Source of the DNA: Mizuhopecten yessoensis
Lineage: Eukaryota
DNA length: 64,000 nucleotides
Assembly (NCBI RefSeq): GCF_002113885.1
Contig: NW_018405514.1
Coordinates: 280,297 to 344,296, forward strand
Reading direction: 5' to 3'
The notes below the pieces were generated by a model, which had not been told where the DNA came from, made no database searches, and saw only the letters and a list, made by a program, of their open reading frames with translations. Of this stretch, positions 50,201 through 62,941 are shown piece by piece; the first letter of the stretch is position 1, and every line of letters starts with the position of its first letter. The position numbers and the translations under genes are program-made.

Positions 50201-53200
50201 TTGTAGACCTGCAGCCAGGAGAGGCAGAAACCCCATCAGAAATAGAACACCTTCCAGAGAAGATCATCACTGAGCTCGGACAGATAGCCAGGTGGCTCGT
50301 TACTAATGGTCCCACCACTGACTTCCTAAAGGATTACACCACCATGCGATCATCCATGATGGTCAAGTCCCTCCAATGGTAAACATGGACTAAACAATAC
50401 ACTTTACCCAGACTTTTACATAGGACCTTGTATATTGGAACATGTCCAAACGTAAATCACAGGGGCTACATTTTATTTCATAATACCCAGTAGTGATAAT
50501 GGCAGTAATATATTTTAACTTGCTGGTACCCTGTACCTTAAATTGGAACCTAGTAAGTTTTTATTTGGTATCTAATTAAAGATAAATTTACATTGTGTAT
50601 ATATATATTTCAAGATTATATAGGGGTCTGTTTACACAAGCGACGCTGTTCCTGTTTGTGTTCTGTAAAGTTGCTGAAAACAAAATATTCTTTAGATTTT
50701 GTACCATTCAGATGGTACTAGGCTTCATTTAAATCACTTCACTCTAAAGGGTCCTGTTTCAAGGACTGAATATAATGTCATCAATTTTTTTGTATTTTTT
50801 TTAGCTGAAAGTTCTGACAATGTACCTGACGCAAAGCTGTTGTTTAACAACACATGCTGCAGTAAAAAGTCAAAGACATTGTATAAACCTTATGTGATAT
50901 AACTTGAGTTACCGTCAAAGGTCCCACATGCTTGTTTAACAGTGCCTTTTTGTTACAGTTTGAAGGAGCATATGAAGTCCTCCAGTGGTAGCAGTGTTAA
51001 TGCCATATTCCCCGGACAACACTCCCCCGCCACAGTATGTAGATTTACCGGGGGGTATACAGAGTTGTTGATAGAGGATTTATGGATACATTTGTATTTA
51101 TTTTGTGATATGATATTAAATGTAGCACCGATTTCTTAAAAAGAGTAGTCACACTTTCTGATTTCAATTAATTATTCTTTAATATTTATATTATAACTTG
51201 ACTTGATTGGCCTGCCATGATATACTTTTGTGGTATTTTAGTCTATAATGTATAAATATGGCCTGTGTACACAGATTGTCGTTAGATCTAATTTTCAACA
51301 ACCGTTTTTATTACAGACAAGCAAATTCAGACCTAGCAAAGATACACCAGTGAGGAAGAGTATGAGGAAGATTGCGTAAGTTGTGATTTATTGAACAATT
51401 ACTAATGGATACATATGAATTACGGAATACATTTCAACAATAACATAACTAGAAAATGGCAAAATAAGAATCTATGGTATGATAACTTTATTTATGTTTT
51501 ATTGATATCAGAGTATACTGTTGAAGGTATTGTGTGAAAAATCTTGGGGGGGGATCTGAATAATTGCTACAAAAACATTATTTTTAAAGTGAAGGTTAAT
51601 ACAATCGTTTTGATTATTTGTAGACATACCTTTAGGAAGAAGGCAGCTACAGCTTTGATACAGTCACCATTTGATCCAGGTAAAAAGCAGGAGAGGAAAT
51701 ATTTAAGTTGATATTTTTTTTAAATAAAATAATCCATATAGAAAGCATTTATTGTTTTAAATATGACTTTCAGATTGCATCTCTAATTATAGATGTTGTT
51801 ATTGGATTCTTCATGAATTATGGTTATATTTCATGAGTGGTTAAATATTTTAATATTTTTGTCTAGAGTGCATAACACATGTGTATGGCTGTGTAACCAG
51901 CTGTATTGTCCTGATCTGACATCCAACTCAGCTGCAGTGGCTATTGAGAGAGATGAATACTTTAGTGCAAGCAATTAACTTTCAAAATTTTGGGATTCAA
52001 GATGGCTGCTGTGGCCTCTGATTAGCATTTCTGGCAAAAAAATCAGATCTATTGGGTCACTTATTACACATTTTGTGGGAGTGATACAGATTGAGCATAC
52101 TCAATATGAAAAAATAAAATTTTCTATTTTCTGGATTTAAGAAGGATACTATGACTTCTGATTGGCTATAACATTATTAGCTATTAACTTGAGTCAATCG
52201 TGAAAGTGAAGTGCGACAAACCTTATGCTATTGTGCTGGTTATTTGTGGACCTACAGTCAATGTTACAATTAGCATGTGTTGTTATGTGTTTTTTTCTCA
52301 GGTTATGGTGTTAAATGGCACATGATATAAAGAAACAGAATGCAATTTAAAGAAACTAAAATAATTCTAATTTCATTTACATGTACATGTTTTTGCTTTC
52401 ATACGTAAACTTTAAATCCTCACTATATTGCAAAACATGGTATCTTTTATATCACTGTGAATTAATGCAGTACATTTTTGTTTATATAATATGAAACAGG
52501 TCATCGACGCCAAGGTTCTTACACCGATGTGATCAAAGAAGAGAGCCTGGACGTGGAGATAGATATCTACATCACTGAGCTCACTGCACTCCTCAAACTT
52601 ATGCAGGTAAGGTCTTACCTAAGGTCTTCATATCTTGTTGACAGTTAAACATCTTATGTATCATACATTAAAAGTCGGAATGTTTACCCTAATTTAGCCA
52701 CAAATGTTGGAATCCTGGTTTAGTGGCCTCATAATGTTTCTGCATATGATTACTGATATGGCATCACTGATATACCGGTATCTTAAAAGCAAAACTTTGC
52801 TAGATTTTCAACAATAAAGTAGTAAAAAAAATCATTACTGGATTTATGCCTGTGAAAATCAACTTTAAAAATATCAATCTGCATCAAAACATTAATTCGG
52901 AAGAGCTTACTATAATTACACATAAGCGTTTGATTTTTGTCTCAAATTGGGTATACTATGTACTGTACTTTAGAGTGAGAACCAACTGATGTCTGGCATA
53001 GTCCCTGAGAAGCACCATCGCACTGTGTTTGATGGGGTAGTTCAGCAGGCTATGGACGCAGTGGTCAGTGAGGGAGAGGTCAGTAGAAGACAGCCTGGCT
53101 GTTACAATAGATCTGGATATTCCAACACAACAAAGATAAATTACAACCAATTAACCGAGTTGAACCTTCTAATCTTAAGATAAAAATAGGGTATTCATTA

Positions 53201-56200
53201 TACATTAAGAAAACATACAATTTAAATAAAGTTATCATTGGATAAAAAAGATGATTTTTTTCTGAAATGTCTGTATTACTTAAAGTGTTTAATCAGTAAC
53301 TTGAGTTGTAGTTGTTGGCGAGCAATGCTAAAAAGAATATCGTCAAACATGAGTTCATGGCGGTGCTTTCCATCTTCCCTGTGGTGAAACATCTTCGCAC
53401 CATCAGACCTGAATTTGACTACACACTAGAGGCAAGGACAAAATGAAGTCATATAGCTAGAAAGAATAGCTACTGTATTAGAGCTGGTTTAAGTTATTTT
53501 CAATGAAGTTTTATAATGATAATGATAAATGCTTAAATTTGCAATGACGAAAAATGCTGCACTATTTTCTTGATTCAAAGCGTATCTGTACCTATAAATA
53601 AAAAGGAAAAATCACTGATTACATACACTTTGGAACTCTATTATGGGTGAAGCAAAGACTTTGTCATAAGAGTTGCTAACCCTATAAAGATCAAGAGGCC
53701 TTTTCTACATTATAAAATGAAATAGGAAGGTACACATTTTTCGTAGCAGGCATGATTTCACCAGTTTATGTTGTGTTTTCTATTTGTAGGGCTGTCAAAC
53801 CCCAACTCGAGCCAAACTAGTCTCTCTGTTGTCCACACTTGGAAGTACAGTGAGTGATTCCTCTGTTCCTGTCTCACTGCAGTTATACTTTCTCTCTGTC
53901 TCTCCGTCTTAACTGCCGAACTATTAACACCAGCACATGTAGTTAAAAGCATAGTTGGTCCAAAATAAAGCAATACAGGGTAGTTGAATAAGTGGTACTG
54001 GTAATTACTTTGTATGACTAAAACAAATGGTAAAAAACACAGAAAACAATAATCATATTCTGACTTTTGCTTGTTCTGACATACAGAGTACTTTGTATGA
54101 AAAAAGTGATATGTACCTTGTTTGTTTTAGGGTGCCAAAGCTCTAGAGGAGTTTGTTGAGAGTATAAAGGTGAGTATAGTGAATGGGCTTAAACAAAGAA
54201 CTTGATGTGTAAATATGTTTGATATCTTGCTGGAATGAAATACTCTCAATTTGGTTCAAATAAATGACATTGACTTACCTTGACATAATTTTAAGGTCAC
54301 ATGGGTCAAATGTGTAGACTTTTTAAAGATCTTGTAAGGTCTAGACTAGTTGTATTTGATCTGTAGTGTAGGCTTCCTTGCGATCGAGTAAATTTGACCC
54401 ACTTTGAAGGTCACAGATGTGAGATGTGTTTTCTAACACCATTCAATAACAGATGAGAGGTACAGGCCAGTTGGGCCTCTTGTTATTGTATGATATTGGG
54501 GTAGGTGTGATCCACTAGTTTACTTTCCTTTTAGAATGACCCAGATAAAGCCTCCATGCCAAGAGATGGTACAGTCCACGAATTAACCAATCATGTGAGT
54601 TCTGTTGCTTTCAGTACAATTTAGTCAGCCAATACTGGGCAGTCAGCTCATTGTTTTAGGTGAAAATGATACTTGTCTTCTCTGATTGAACTTTAGAAAC
54701 AGTTTTTCTTGCATATTACCACTATTCATTATCAGGCCAAAGTTTCATCATCAACAGAAATTATTTAACTTTATGATTAATTTTTCAACCATTACACTTT
54801 TATGTAAATGACATAGGAGTTTGAGAAGTTTAAAAATCAAAATCAGAGGAAAATTGTGAAACTCGGATCAAATGAACAGCTTAACTAAAGATTTCTTGAG
54901 AAAACATTTCCAATTATCATACTTCTCAAGAACAGTACTATTTAAAGATACTGGAGGTATGAAATATTGAGACATATTAGTAAAAGTAAAATTTTCCTAG
55001 AGAAAGCACATGTACTTGTTATCTTTTGACTTGTAAGTATCAGCTCCTGATTTTTAGTGGATATTTTAAATCTTCCAGACCATCATATTTCTGGAGCCAC
55101 TACTTGATTATTCCGATACTGCTGGTGCCATGCTGCTGATGCATGGTAAGTAAACTATAGCCAAGATCAGCTGGCTTCTGTAAATTACAAGGGAATGCAG
55201 TGTTCTGAACACCTACATTTAGTGGTGTCTGAACAGAAAACCAGTAGCATGCGGATCAACTGGCTTCATAAATTTCACGGGGATTAAAGTGTGTGTCCAG
55301 TGTTGTCTAAATAGTAAACTGTAGCATACAGAAAAGACAGCTTCTGTAAATAACAATGTATTTACTGGGTGAATCTGTGTTGTCTAAGCAATGTCATCAT
55401 TGGTTGTTGCAGATCAAAGTGGAAATTGAAATAACAGTAATGATATGTCTGCTATGGAGGATGCTTACTTCAGAAGGGAATGAATGTATTCTATCGTTTC
55501 AGTAAGGCTCAATAGAAGTCCTGATACAAGAGATTAGCACTTAAATAGATAGTGTTAAGATATTTATTTTTTGAATTCATGTAAGCAGTATCATGATATT
55601 ACTCAAATCTCCGGGAACTTTTGTGATGTTGGGATTAAATTGTGTTGTCATTCTCCAATGATATTAATTTCAGGGGAACAAGCCGCTCCATCTGAAGCAG
55701 TTGATGCCAAGAAGAGCAAACACCAGCTTGCAAAGTACTGTAGTAGGTATCACTTACAATAATCTCTTGTTTGTACATGGTAATAGAATTAAGAAAAATT
55801 CAATGAAATCAAAATATTTTCGGATTATTTGGTCTAGATTTGAATTCAAATCTTACAATCACAATGATACACATGTAGTCTCTGGTCAATTATTGACTCA
55901 GTTATAGGGAATACCCCATGAAATTTTAAATAGCTTTGATGGTATTACACTTGCCTTATAAACCAGAAGTTCCTGATATGATTCCAAGTAGAGACACTTC
56001 AAAATGTGACCTGTTAAGTAGGTTTAAAGTACATGTATATGATAATATTTCCCATTTCAGCCAAAGTTCTGTCAGCCTTGGGTCTGAATCTGAGCAACAA
56101 AGCCGAGACCTATAGTGATCCCACACTGAGGCCAGTGTTTATGTTGAACAACTATAACTACATCCTCAAGTCTATACAGAGGTAAGAACATGCTCAAGAT

Positions 56201-59200
56201 CAACATTTAATCAAGTCTTTACACAGGTACATACACGCTCTGGGTCAGCACATAGCAGTCTACACAGGTACATACACGCTCTGGGTCAGCACATAGCAGT
56301 CTACACAGGTACATACACACTCTGGGTAAGCACATAGCAGTCTACACAGGTACATACACACTCTGGGTCAGCACATAGCACAGTCTACACAGGTACATAC
56401 ATGCTCTGGGTCAGCACATAGCACAGTCTACACAGGTACATACGCGCTCTGGGTCAGCACATAGCACAGTCTACAGGTAGACACACGCTCTGGGTCAGCA
56501 CATAGCAGTCTACACAGGTACATACACGCTCTGTGTCAGCACATAGCACAGTCTACACAGGTACACACACGCTCTGGGTCAGCACATAGCAGTCTACACA
56601 GGGACATACACACTCTGGGTCAGCACATAGCACAGTCTACACAGGCACATACGCGCTCTGGGTCAGCACATAGCACAGTCCACAGGTAGACACACGCTCT
56701 GGGTCAGCACATAGCACAGTCTACAGAGGTACATACACGCTCTGGGTCAGCACATAGCAGTCTACACAGGGACATACACGCTCTGGGTCAGCACATAGCA
56801 CAGTCTACAGAGGTACAATCATGCTCTGGGTCAGCACATAGCACAGTCTACACAGGTACGTACATGCTCTGGGTCAGCACATAGCACAGTCTACAGAGGT
56901 ATGTACACGCTCTGGGTCAGCACATAACACAGTCTACACAGGTACATACACGCTCTGGGTCAGCACATAGCACAGTCTACACAGAGGTTGGCATCTTTGA
57001 ATTCCACAGGTTCTGCTTACAATATACATATCTTCTGTCTTCTTGGATTTTCTACTAACAGAATCAAAGTCCTTGTATGCGCACCCTGTGGATAATACGA
57101 GTTGAAATACGTGCACAAGTGTGGTGATAAATCAGCCCTGCAATTGGTCAGTTTTTGGTGTCTTTGACCAATCAATTAGCTAAATGCCATCCTTCAATTT
57201 TGTCATGAGAGAAATTCAAGTGTACTTTGCCATACCCTTGATTGAAAAAGTTCTTACTGTAATTTGTTGCCCTAACAGGATGTGTTTATTGTTTAAGTCA
57301 GCAGCATGTTGATTTTTTAATCCTTCACACAGTGTCACAACTTCCAACATAGTGTTATCTACCATTGTAATTGATAGATCTGGGTTACTGGAACTTATCC
57401 ACACCTACCATAAGGAGGTGGGACAGTACTACGAGGACAAGATTAATGAAGAGAAGAAGCACTATTCTCAGAGGTATGTTATCTATTGTAGAAAAAAGTA
57501 CACAGTACTCTCAAAAGTAAGGAAAGAACCTCTACTTTCATAGGTAAAAAATATTACTGTGAATGGGACAGTACTACTGTCAGTGGTGCATTCCCTGCCT
57601 AAAAAAGGAAAATACTATCTGAAGTATGCTTTGGTAAATTATGGAAAACAAATTTTTAGTCACACATTTCAAATGAAAGTAAAAGGAATAAATGCTCACA
57701 TTTGATTTTGTTGTCACTTAATGCACAATAATTTTGTTTGGAGTCATTATTTACTAACGATTCACTGTGATCAGGCAAGCTGACGTAGAGCCAGTACTCG
57801 TCTTCATTGTAAATTTGATCTTAAGTAATATAACTGTTCTACCGTGCTATTTGTTTGTCTTACAAAATAAGTTTGTCCTGTAATATACATTAACAGTTCA
57901 CTGGTACATGTAATACTGACCGTGATGTTATGGTGGTGATTGCTATTTTTAGTTGGAGTCGAGTGATGCACTACATACTGGAGGTCAATGAGCCAATGTC
58001 TATGCAGAGAACACAGTCCTTGGAAACAGCAAAGGTACTCTTATACTCATATATCTTCATGGTCATTCACAGTATTTGTTTCTTATCAGAAACATTCAAT
58101 ACTAAGTAATTGTCTAAACAGCTGTGATTCCTATACAGTGTGGTAGTTGATTGTATACAAACTTGAAGTGAGTTGTAATTTATTATTAAGTGGTACTTGA
58201 TTGTGATTGAGTACGAAGAAAACAAGAATATTGAAGTAAAACAAAACTGTTATCCAAACTGAAAATCAATGAAAATAGAATAAAAATTTAAACAAAGGAA
58301 AGACTCACAATGAGATCGTTGAAAAAAAGCAGGTGACAAGGTGTTCCAGAAGTGTAAGCATCATCAATAACACCTGCCATGTGTATCTAGGTCAAGTTAA
58401 TGTCATGTTCTCAAACAGAGTACCAGGGTAGTGACAATGAATTGTGATTAAGTTAATCTTGTGATAGAGTGGTACTAATTTTGTTTAGATTTCCTTATAT
58501 TAGAATCCAAAGAAATACAAAAACCGTAAGAAAAACTGAAGATAATTAGTACTTCAATATTCCATACACTCATGATTCAATTATGTTTTATTTTTAAAAA
58601 AAAATCAGTTGAAGGACAAAGAAAAGCAGAACATCAAAGATAAGTTTACTGTGAGTATATAAATGTCTGCACCTACTTGTTAATGTTTTTATGAAGTAGA
58701 TGTAATATGAAACATTAAAAGTTTCTGATGGAAGCTTCATCCATAATTATCAATATAATATCTAGTGATGAGACCACAATAAATCTATGGATACAATAGA
58801 ATCGAAACGTGACATCCATTTTAACATCTACTTATAGCCCAAGTTCTATGTGGAAATATGTTTAGAGAATTGGAGCAAAGTAAAACTTCTGTTTACAGGG
58901 CCAATAAAAATTTAAGTCATGTGCCTTACCTTGTGACAATGGTTGACATACTGTAGAATTAATCCGGAAATAGTTTGCATACTAGAAACAATTCTTTTAA
59001 GAAACTAGTTGTTTATTACTTGAAAAGTATAGATTTTTATTGGTTAAGAAATTCTTTTTGTAAATGTATAAACACAACCTTTGATTATCTCGAACAAACA
59101 GGGTTTCAACAAGGAGCTGGAGGAGATCTTACGTATACAGAAAGGTTACGCCATACCAGACCAGGAGTTGAGGGAAATGCTGAAGAAAGAGAACCGAGAT

Positions 59201-59338
59201 TTTATTGTACCATCATATACAGTCTTCCTACAGAAGTATGAGAAACTCAATTTTACCAAAAACAGGGAGAAATACATCAAATATTCCATTCAAGATGTTG
59301 AAACAACCATTGGAAAGTTTTTTGACACATCTGCCTAG
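47226..59338 (+). CDS. EXOC7: Exocyst complex component 7 (Exo70), multi-exon, roughly the first 75 codons not visible
   Basis: Phase-consistent exons: 47226-47310, 47638-47746, 48805-48922, 50207-50378, 50959-51034, 51317-51375, 51624-51679, 52500-52606, 52974-53078, 53312-53431 (GC donor), 53790-53849, 54131-54169 (GAKALEEF), 54535-54594 (MPRDGTVHELT, Exo70 signature), 55079-55145, 55674-55742, 56061-56181 (VFMLNNYNYILKS), 57378-57473, 57953-58034, 58609-58650 (IKDKF), 59102-59338 (GFNKELEE..YAIPD..FTKNREKYIKY..FFDTSA*). Confidence 0.95.
48200..48690 (+). mobile_element. Highly degraded CR1-like LINE ORF2 fragment
   Basis: Fragments translate to HIEYATQVWSPV and ATKKVAHLKDLCYRERLK, resembling the CR1 HLEYA..VWSP and LKDLSYEERL motifs. 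Confidence 0.6.
49384..50044 (+). mobile_element. Non-autonomous Helentron-like element (HINE) with ~155-bp internal tandem repeats
   Basis: SubTIRs TATACGCCCGTC (49388-49399) and GACGGGCGTATA (50007-50018), 5' hairpin CCGTCAAATTTGACGG, GTCCG microsatellite, 3' ..CTCTTGTT. Confidence 0.8.
56212..56988 (+). repeat. 38/40-bp tandem array (~20 copies) derived from an EXOC7 exon-intron junction
   Basis: Unit AGTCTACA(C/G)AG|GTACATACACGCTCTGGGTCAGCACATAGC(AC) resembles the adjacent junction AGTCTATACAGAG|GTAAGAACATGCTCAAGATCAACAT. Confidence 0.9.
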
Positions 59339-60060
59339 GAACTCAGTGGAGCAGAAATACATTCCAACACAGCATGTATCTACAGTATTTGTACAGCTGA
59401 CTTGGGAGTGTTACTCAAGAAAGATCAAATCTATCCCAGACATCTGTAACCATCTCATCAGACATAAACCTGAACCAACAGTTTATAGATAAACACTGGA
59501 CTTTCAGTGCGTCCCATGTATAAAGTACCAATATATAAGCCTGTTAGTCCTGTTGTGAAAATGTTTAGCTTCTGTAAAGAGAAAGATGTAGAACCCTCAT
59601 GGTAAGATATTATAGTGTGTGATTGAATCATGTTGAATTTTTTTGCTTGGTTTTAACATTATTCTCAACATCCAGTAGTGCTATGGGATGTGATGAAAAT
59701 CAATTCATGATCTAGTCGTCTTCAATTGTCAGTTATCATCATTTCCATGGGAATATGTCCTAAACTGTAAAGGGAAAAGAATCGGACCTGCTATAAAGAT
59801 CACCTCTGTATATAAAACACCTGTAAAGTTCAATAACTTCAGCTTATCAAGTGCGCGTCTTTGAAGGACTCATTTTCAATCAGTAACTCTTTACATGATT
59901 TTTTTAATATAGAATACATGTTGTGTTGTACAAAAATTAATCTTTCAATGATAAATGTATCACATTTACTAGAACTTACTGTACCAATTCACATTCTACC
60001 AAACATGATGGCTTCTATGTGTGGGAATTGTGCAATATTTGTTATGTAAGTTTAAGCTTC

Positions 60061-60066
60061 AATAAA
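60061..60066 (+). terminator. Probable EXOC7 polyadenylation signal
   Basis: AATAAA ~720 nt after the stop codon, followed by a T/GT-rich stretch. Confidence 0.55.
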
Positions 60067-60388
60067 TTAATGTACAAAACACATTTTTGTTTAATCCTTG
60101 ATACTCTATATAGTAAAAATGTCCTTAATCCAGCCACCACTAATGCCATTATCCCACTATCCAGTCACTATTGATCTGTAATATAATTGCCACATGCTGG
60201 ACACTATCCGGCGATTTAGGGGACACATTGGCTTTTTTTTCTGTTCAAAATTGTCAATGAAACTAATTAGGTGGTCAGATTCAGATTCTTTATTTCTTTG
60301 CATTGTGGTTTACAATACATTGGATAGTGACTCAATTTAGCCTCTTAAACTGGCAACGAGTTGGCTCCATAAAAAAGACTAGACTTAT

Positions 60389-60637
60389 AACAAGAGGCCC
60401 ATGGGCCTTAACGGTCACCTGAGTCTAGTATTTATTTTTGTTGTTGAAATATGTACCAATTTGAGTAAAAAATAGTATAATGTTAACTTAACTTTGTCAG
60501 GACCATGAGCTGATCATTCCTAGACCAATTTTAAGTGAGATCGGCCTATTAGAACTTAGTAGCAAAATAGCGGCCATGGCAGCCAAATTGTATTTCTGAT
60601 TGACCCGAAAAATAACAACACTTTGTCAGGACCATGA
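60389..60637 (-). mobile_element. HINE 3' end, related to 26479-27514, running into an N gap
   Basis: AACAAGAGGCCCATGGGCCTTAACGGTCACCTGA is nearly identical to 26479-26513. Confidence 0.75.
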
Positions 60638-61411
60638 NNNNNNNNNNNNNNNNNNNNNNNNNNNNNNNNNNNNNNNNNNNNNNNNNNNNNNNNNNNNNNN
60701 NNNNNNNNNNNNNNNNNNNNNNNNNNNNNNNNNNNNNNNNNNNNNNNNNNNNNNNNNNNNNNNNNNNNNNNNNNNNNNNNNNNNNNNNNNNNNNNNNNNN
60801 NNNNNNNNNNNNNNNNNNNNNNNNNNNNNNNNNNNNNNNNNNNNNNNNNNNNNNNNNNNNNNNNNNNNNNNNNNNNNNNNNNNNNNNNNNNNNNNNNNNN
60901 NNNNNNNNNNNNNNNNNNNNNNNNNNNNNNNNNNNNNNNNNNNNNNNNNNNNNNNNNNNNNNNNNNNNNNNNNNNNNNNNNNNNNNNNNNNNNNNNNNNN
61001 NNNNNNNNNNNNNNNNNNNNNNNNNNNNNNNNNNNNNNNNNNNNNNNNNNNNNNNNNNNNNNNNNNNNNNNNNNNNNNNNNNNNNNNNNNNNNNNNNNNN
61101 NNNNNNNNNNNNNNNNNNNNNNNNNNNNNNNNNNNNNNNNNNNNNNNNNNNNNNNNNNNNNNNNNNNNNNNNNNNNNNNNNNNNNNNNNNNNNNNNNNNN
61201 NNNNNNNNNNNNNNNNNNNNNNNNNNNNNNNNNNNNNNNNNNNNNNNNNNNNNNNNNNNNNNNNNNNNNNNNNNNNNNNNNNNNNNNNNNNNNNNNNNNN
61301 NNNNNNNNNNNNNNNNNNNNNNNNNNNNNNNNNNNNNNNNNNNNNNNNNNNNNNNNNNNNNNNNNNNNNNNNNNNNNNNNNNNNNNNNNNNNNNNNNNNN
61401 NNNNNNNNNNN
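60638..61411. other. Assembly gap (N run)
   Basis: Run of N. Confidence 1.
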
Positions 61412-61725
61412 TTTACAGGGGTAGTATTTTTTCACCACCTATTTACTTGGGTAGTGTTTTTTCACCACCTATTTACTTGGGTAGTATTTCCACCGTCTGT
61501 TTACAGGGGTATTATTTTTTTACCACCTATTTACTTGGGTAGTATTTTTTCACCACCTATTTACTTGGGTAGTATTTCCACCGTCTGTTTACAGGAGTAA
61601 TATTTTTTCTCCACCTATTTACTTGGGTAGTATTTTTTCACCACCTATTTACTTGGGTAGTATTTCCACCGTCTGTTTACAGGGGTAATATTTTTTCACC
61701 ACCTATTTACTTGGGTAGTATTTTC
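61412..61725. repeat. Compound 28/30-bp minisatellite next to the gap
   Basis: Alternating GGGTAGTATTTTTTCACCACCTATTTACTT and GGGTAGTATTTCCACCGTCTGTTTACAG units. Confidence 0.9.
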
Positions 61726-62636
61726 AGTCTGCCACTTATGTCTTTTCTATAGCCTTTCACGTAATTATATAAAAGCACATCACTGCCTGAAATAGTGCAA
61801 TGCATTGCATATTCACTGCAACTATTTCTTTGAAAATATTATTACATAAATGCAACCAAAACATATATCTATTTTATTTATTAAATCTAAATGCATTCTT
61901 CTATAACATTTTGCATAAATTTTCTCCACGCCATATATATTGACAGTTCAACATGTTAAATGGCTGGAGCTATCACAGTTTATGGAAAGTTTACAAGTTA
62001 GGTTGCTTCATCAACATCAATATTAAGTGACTGCATATGAGAGAAACTGTTCTTTCATCAGCTTCAGATGTTATTATTTCCACATAGCACTCAATCCAGG
62101 AACATAAACCACTTTTAAATCCATCAAACTTGATACCTAAACATATGGGTTAGGATACTATAAGCTATAGGTGGTATGTTTTCCTTCATCTCGGTATATT
62201 ACAGTCATGATTTACCACTGACAGTCTGTCTTTATGATGGGTTTTCTTTCACTCAGTGTTTCCCTATACAGTTAGTTGTCCTTGACCTTGTGTGTCACAA
62301 TGCTGAGATGTCCTTGACCTCCTTTTTATCATTTCGATGAGTTGAACTTTACCAGTAATTCCTTGAGGCACTGTTTTTCACCATGGTAAGTTGTCCTTGA
62401 CCCTCGGTGTTGCATGCTGAGAGTTTTTCTTGAACCTTAGTGGGTTTTAATGCAGAGTTTTACTCGACCCACAGTTTGTCACAATGTTGAGTTGTCCTCA
62501 ACTCACACAGCATCACAATGTGGAGTACATGTATTACTTTATTATTCATTTTTTGACATAAAATGTGTCGCCAAGATCAGCTATCCTTGACCACTGTGTA
62601 TCAATAGGAGTCCTATACTAAGTGTAATAGTACGTT

Positions 62637-62941
62637 TGACCTGTATCGTGCCTTGTAATAGTCGTTGAAGTTGAGACGTAACAACAGTTCCTGTAATTGA
62701 CATCTATCGTGCCTTGTAATAGTCGTTGAAGTTGAGACGTAACAACAGTTCCTGTAATTGACATCTATCGTGCCTTGTAATAGTTGTTGAAGTTGAGACG
62801 TAACAACAGTTCCTGTAATTGACATCTATTGTGCCTTGTAATAGTCGTTGATGTTGAGACGTAACAACAGTTCCTGTAATTGACATTTATCGTGCCTTGT
62901 AATAGTCGTTGAAGTTGAGACGTAACAACAGTTCCTGTAAA
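62637..62941 (-). repeat. 61-bp tandem array (5 copies including the coding one) of the TUBGCP6 C-terminal coding sequence and stop region
   Basis: Unit TTACAGGAACTGTTGTTACGTCTCAACTTCAACGACTATTACAAGGCACGATARATGTCAA, i.e. LQELLLRLNFNDYYKAR* plus 7 nt. Confidence 0.95.

Noticed and set aside
52290-52313. Possible 6-nt EXOC7 microexon (TTTCTCAG|GTTATG|GTGTTA)
   Set aside because: Frame-preserving, but the donor is very weak; unsupported without RNA data.
62613-62886. Two short minus-strand ORFs containing LQELLLRLNFNDYYKAR
   Set aside because: By-products of the 61-bp repeat cycling through frames in the TUBGCP6 3' UTR, not separate genes.
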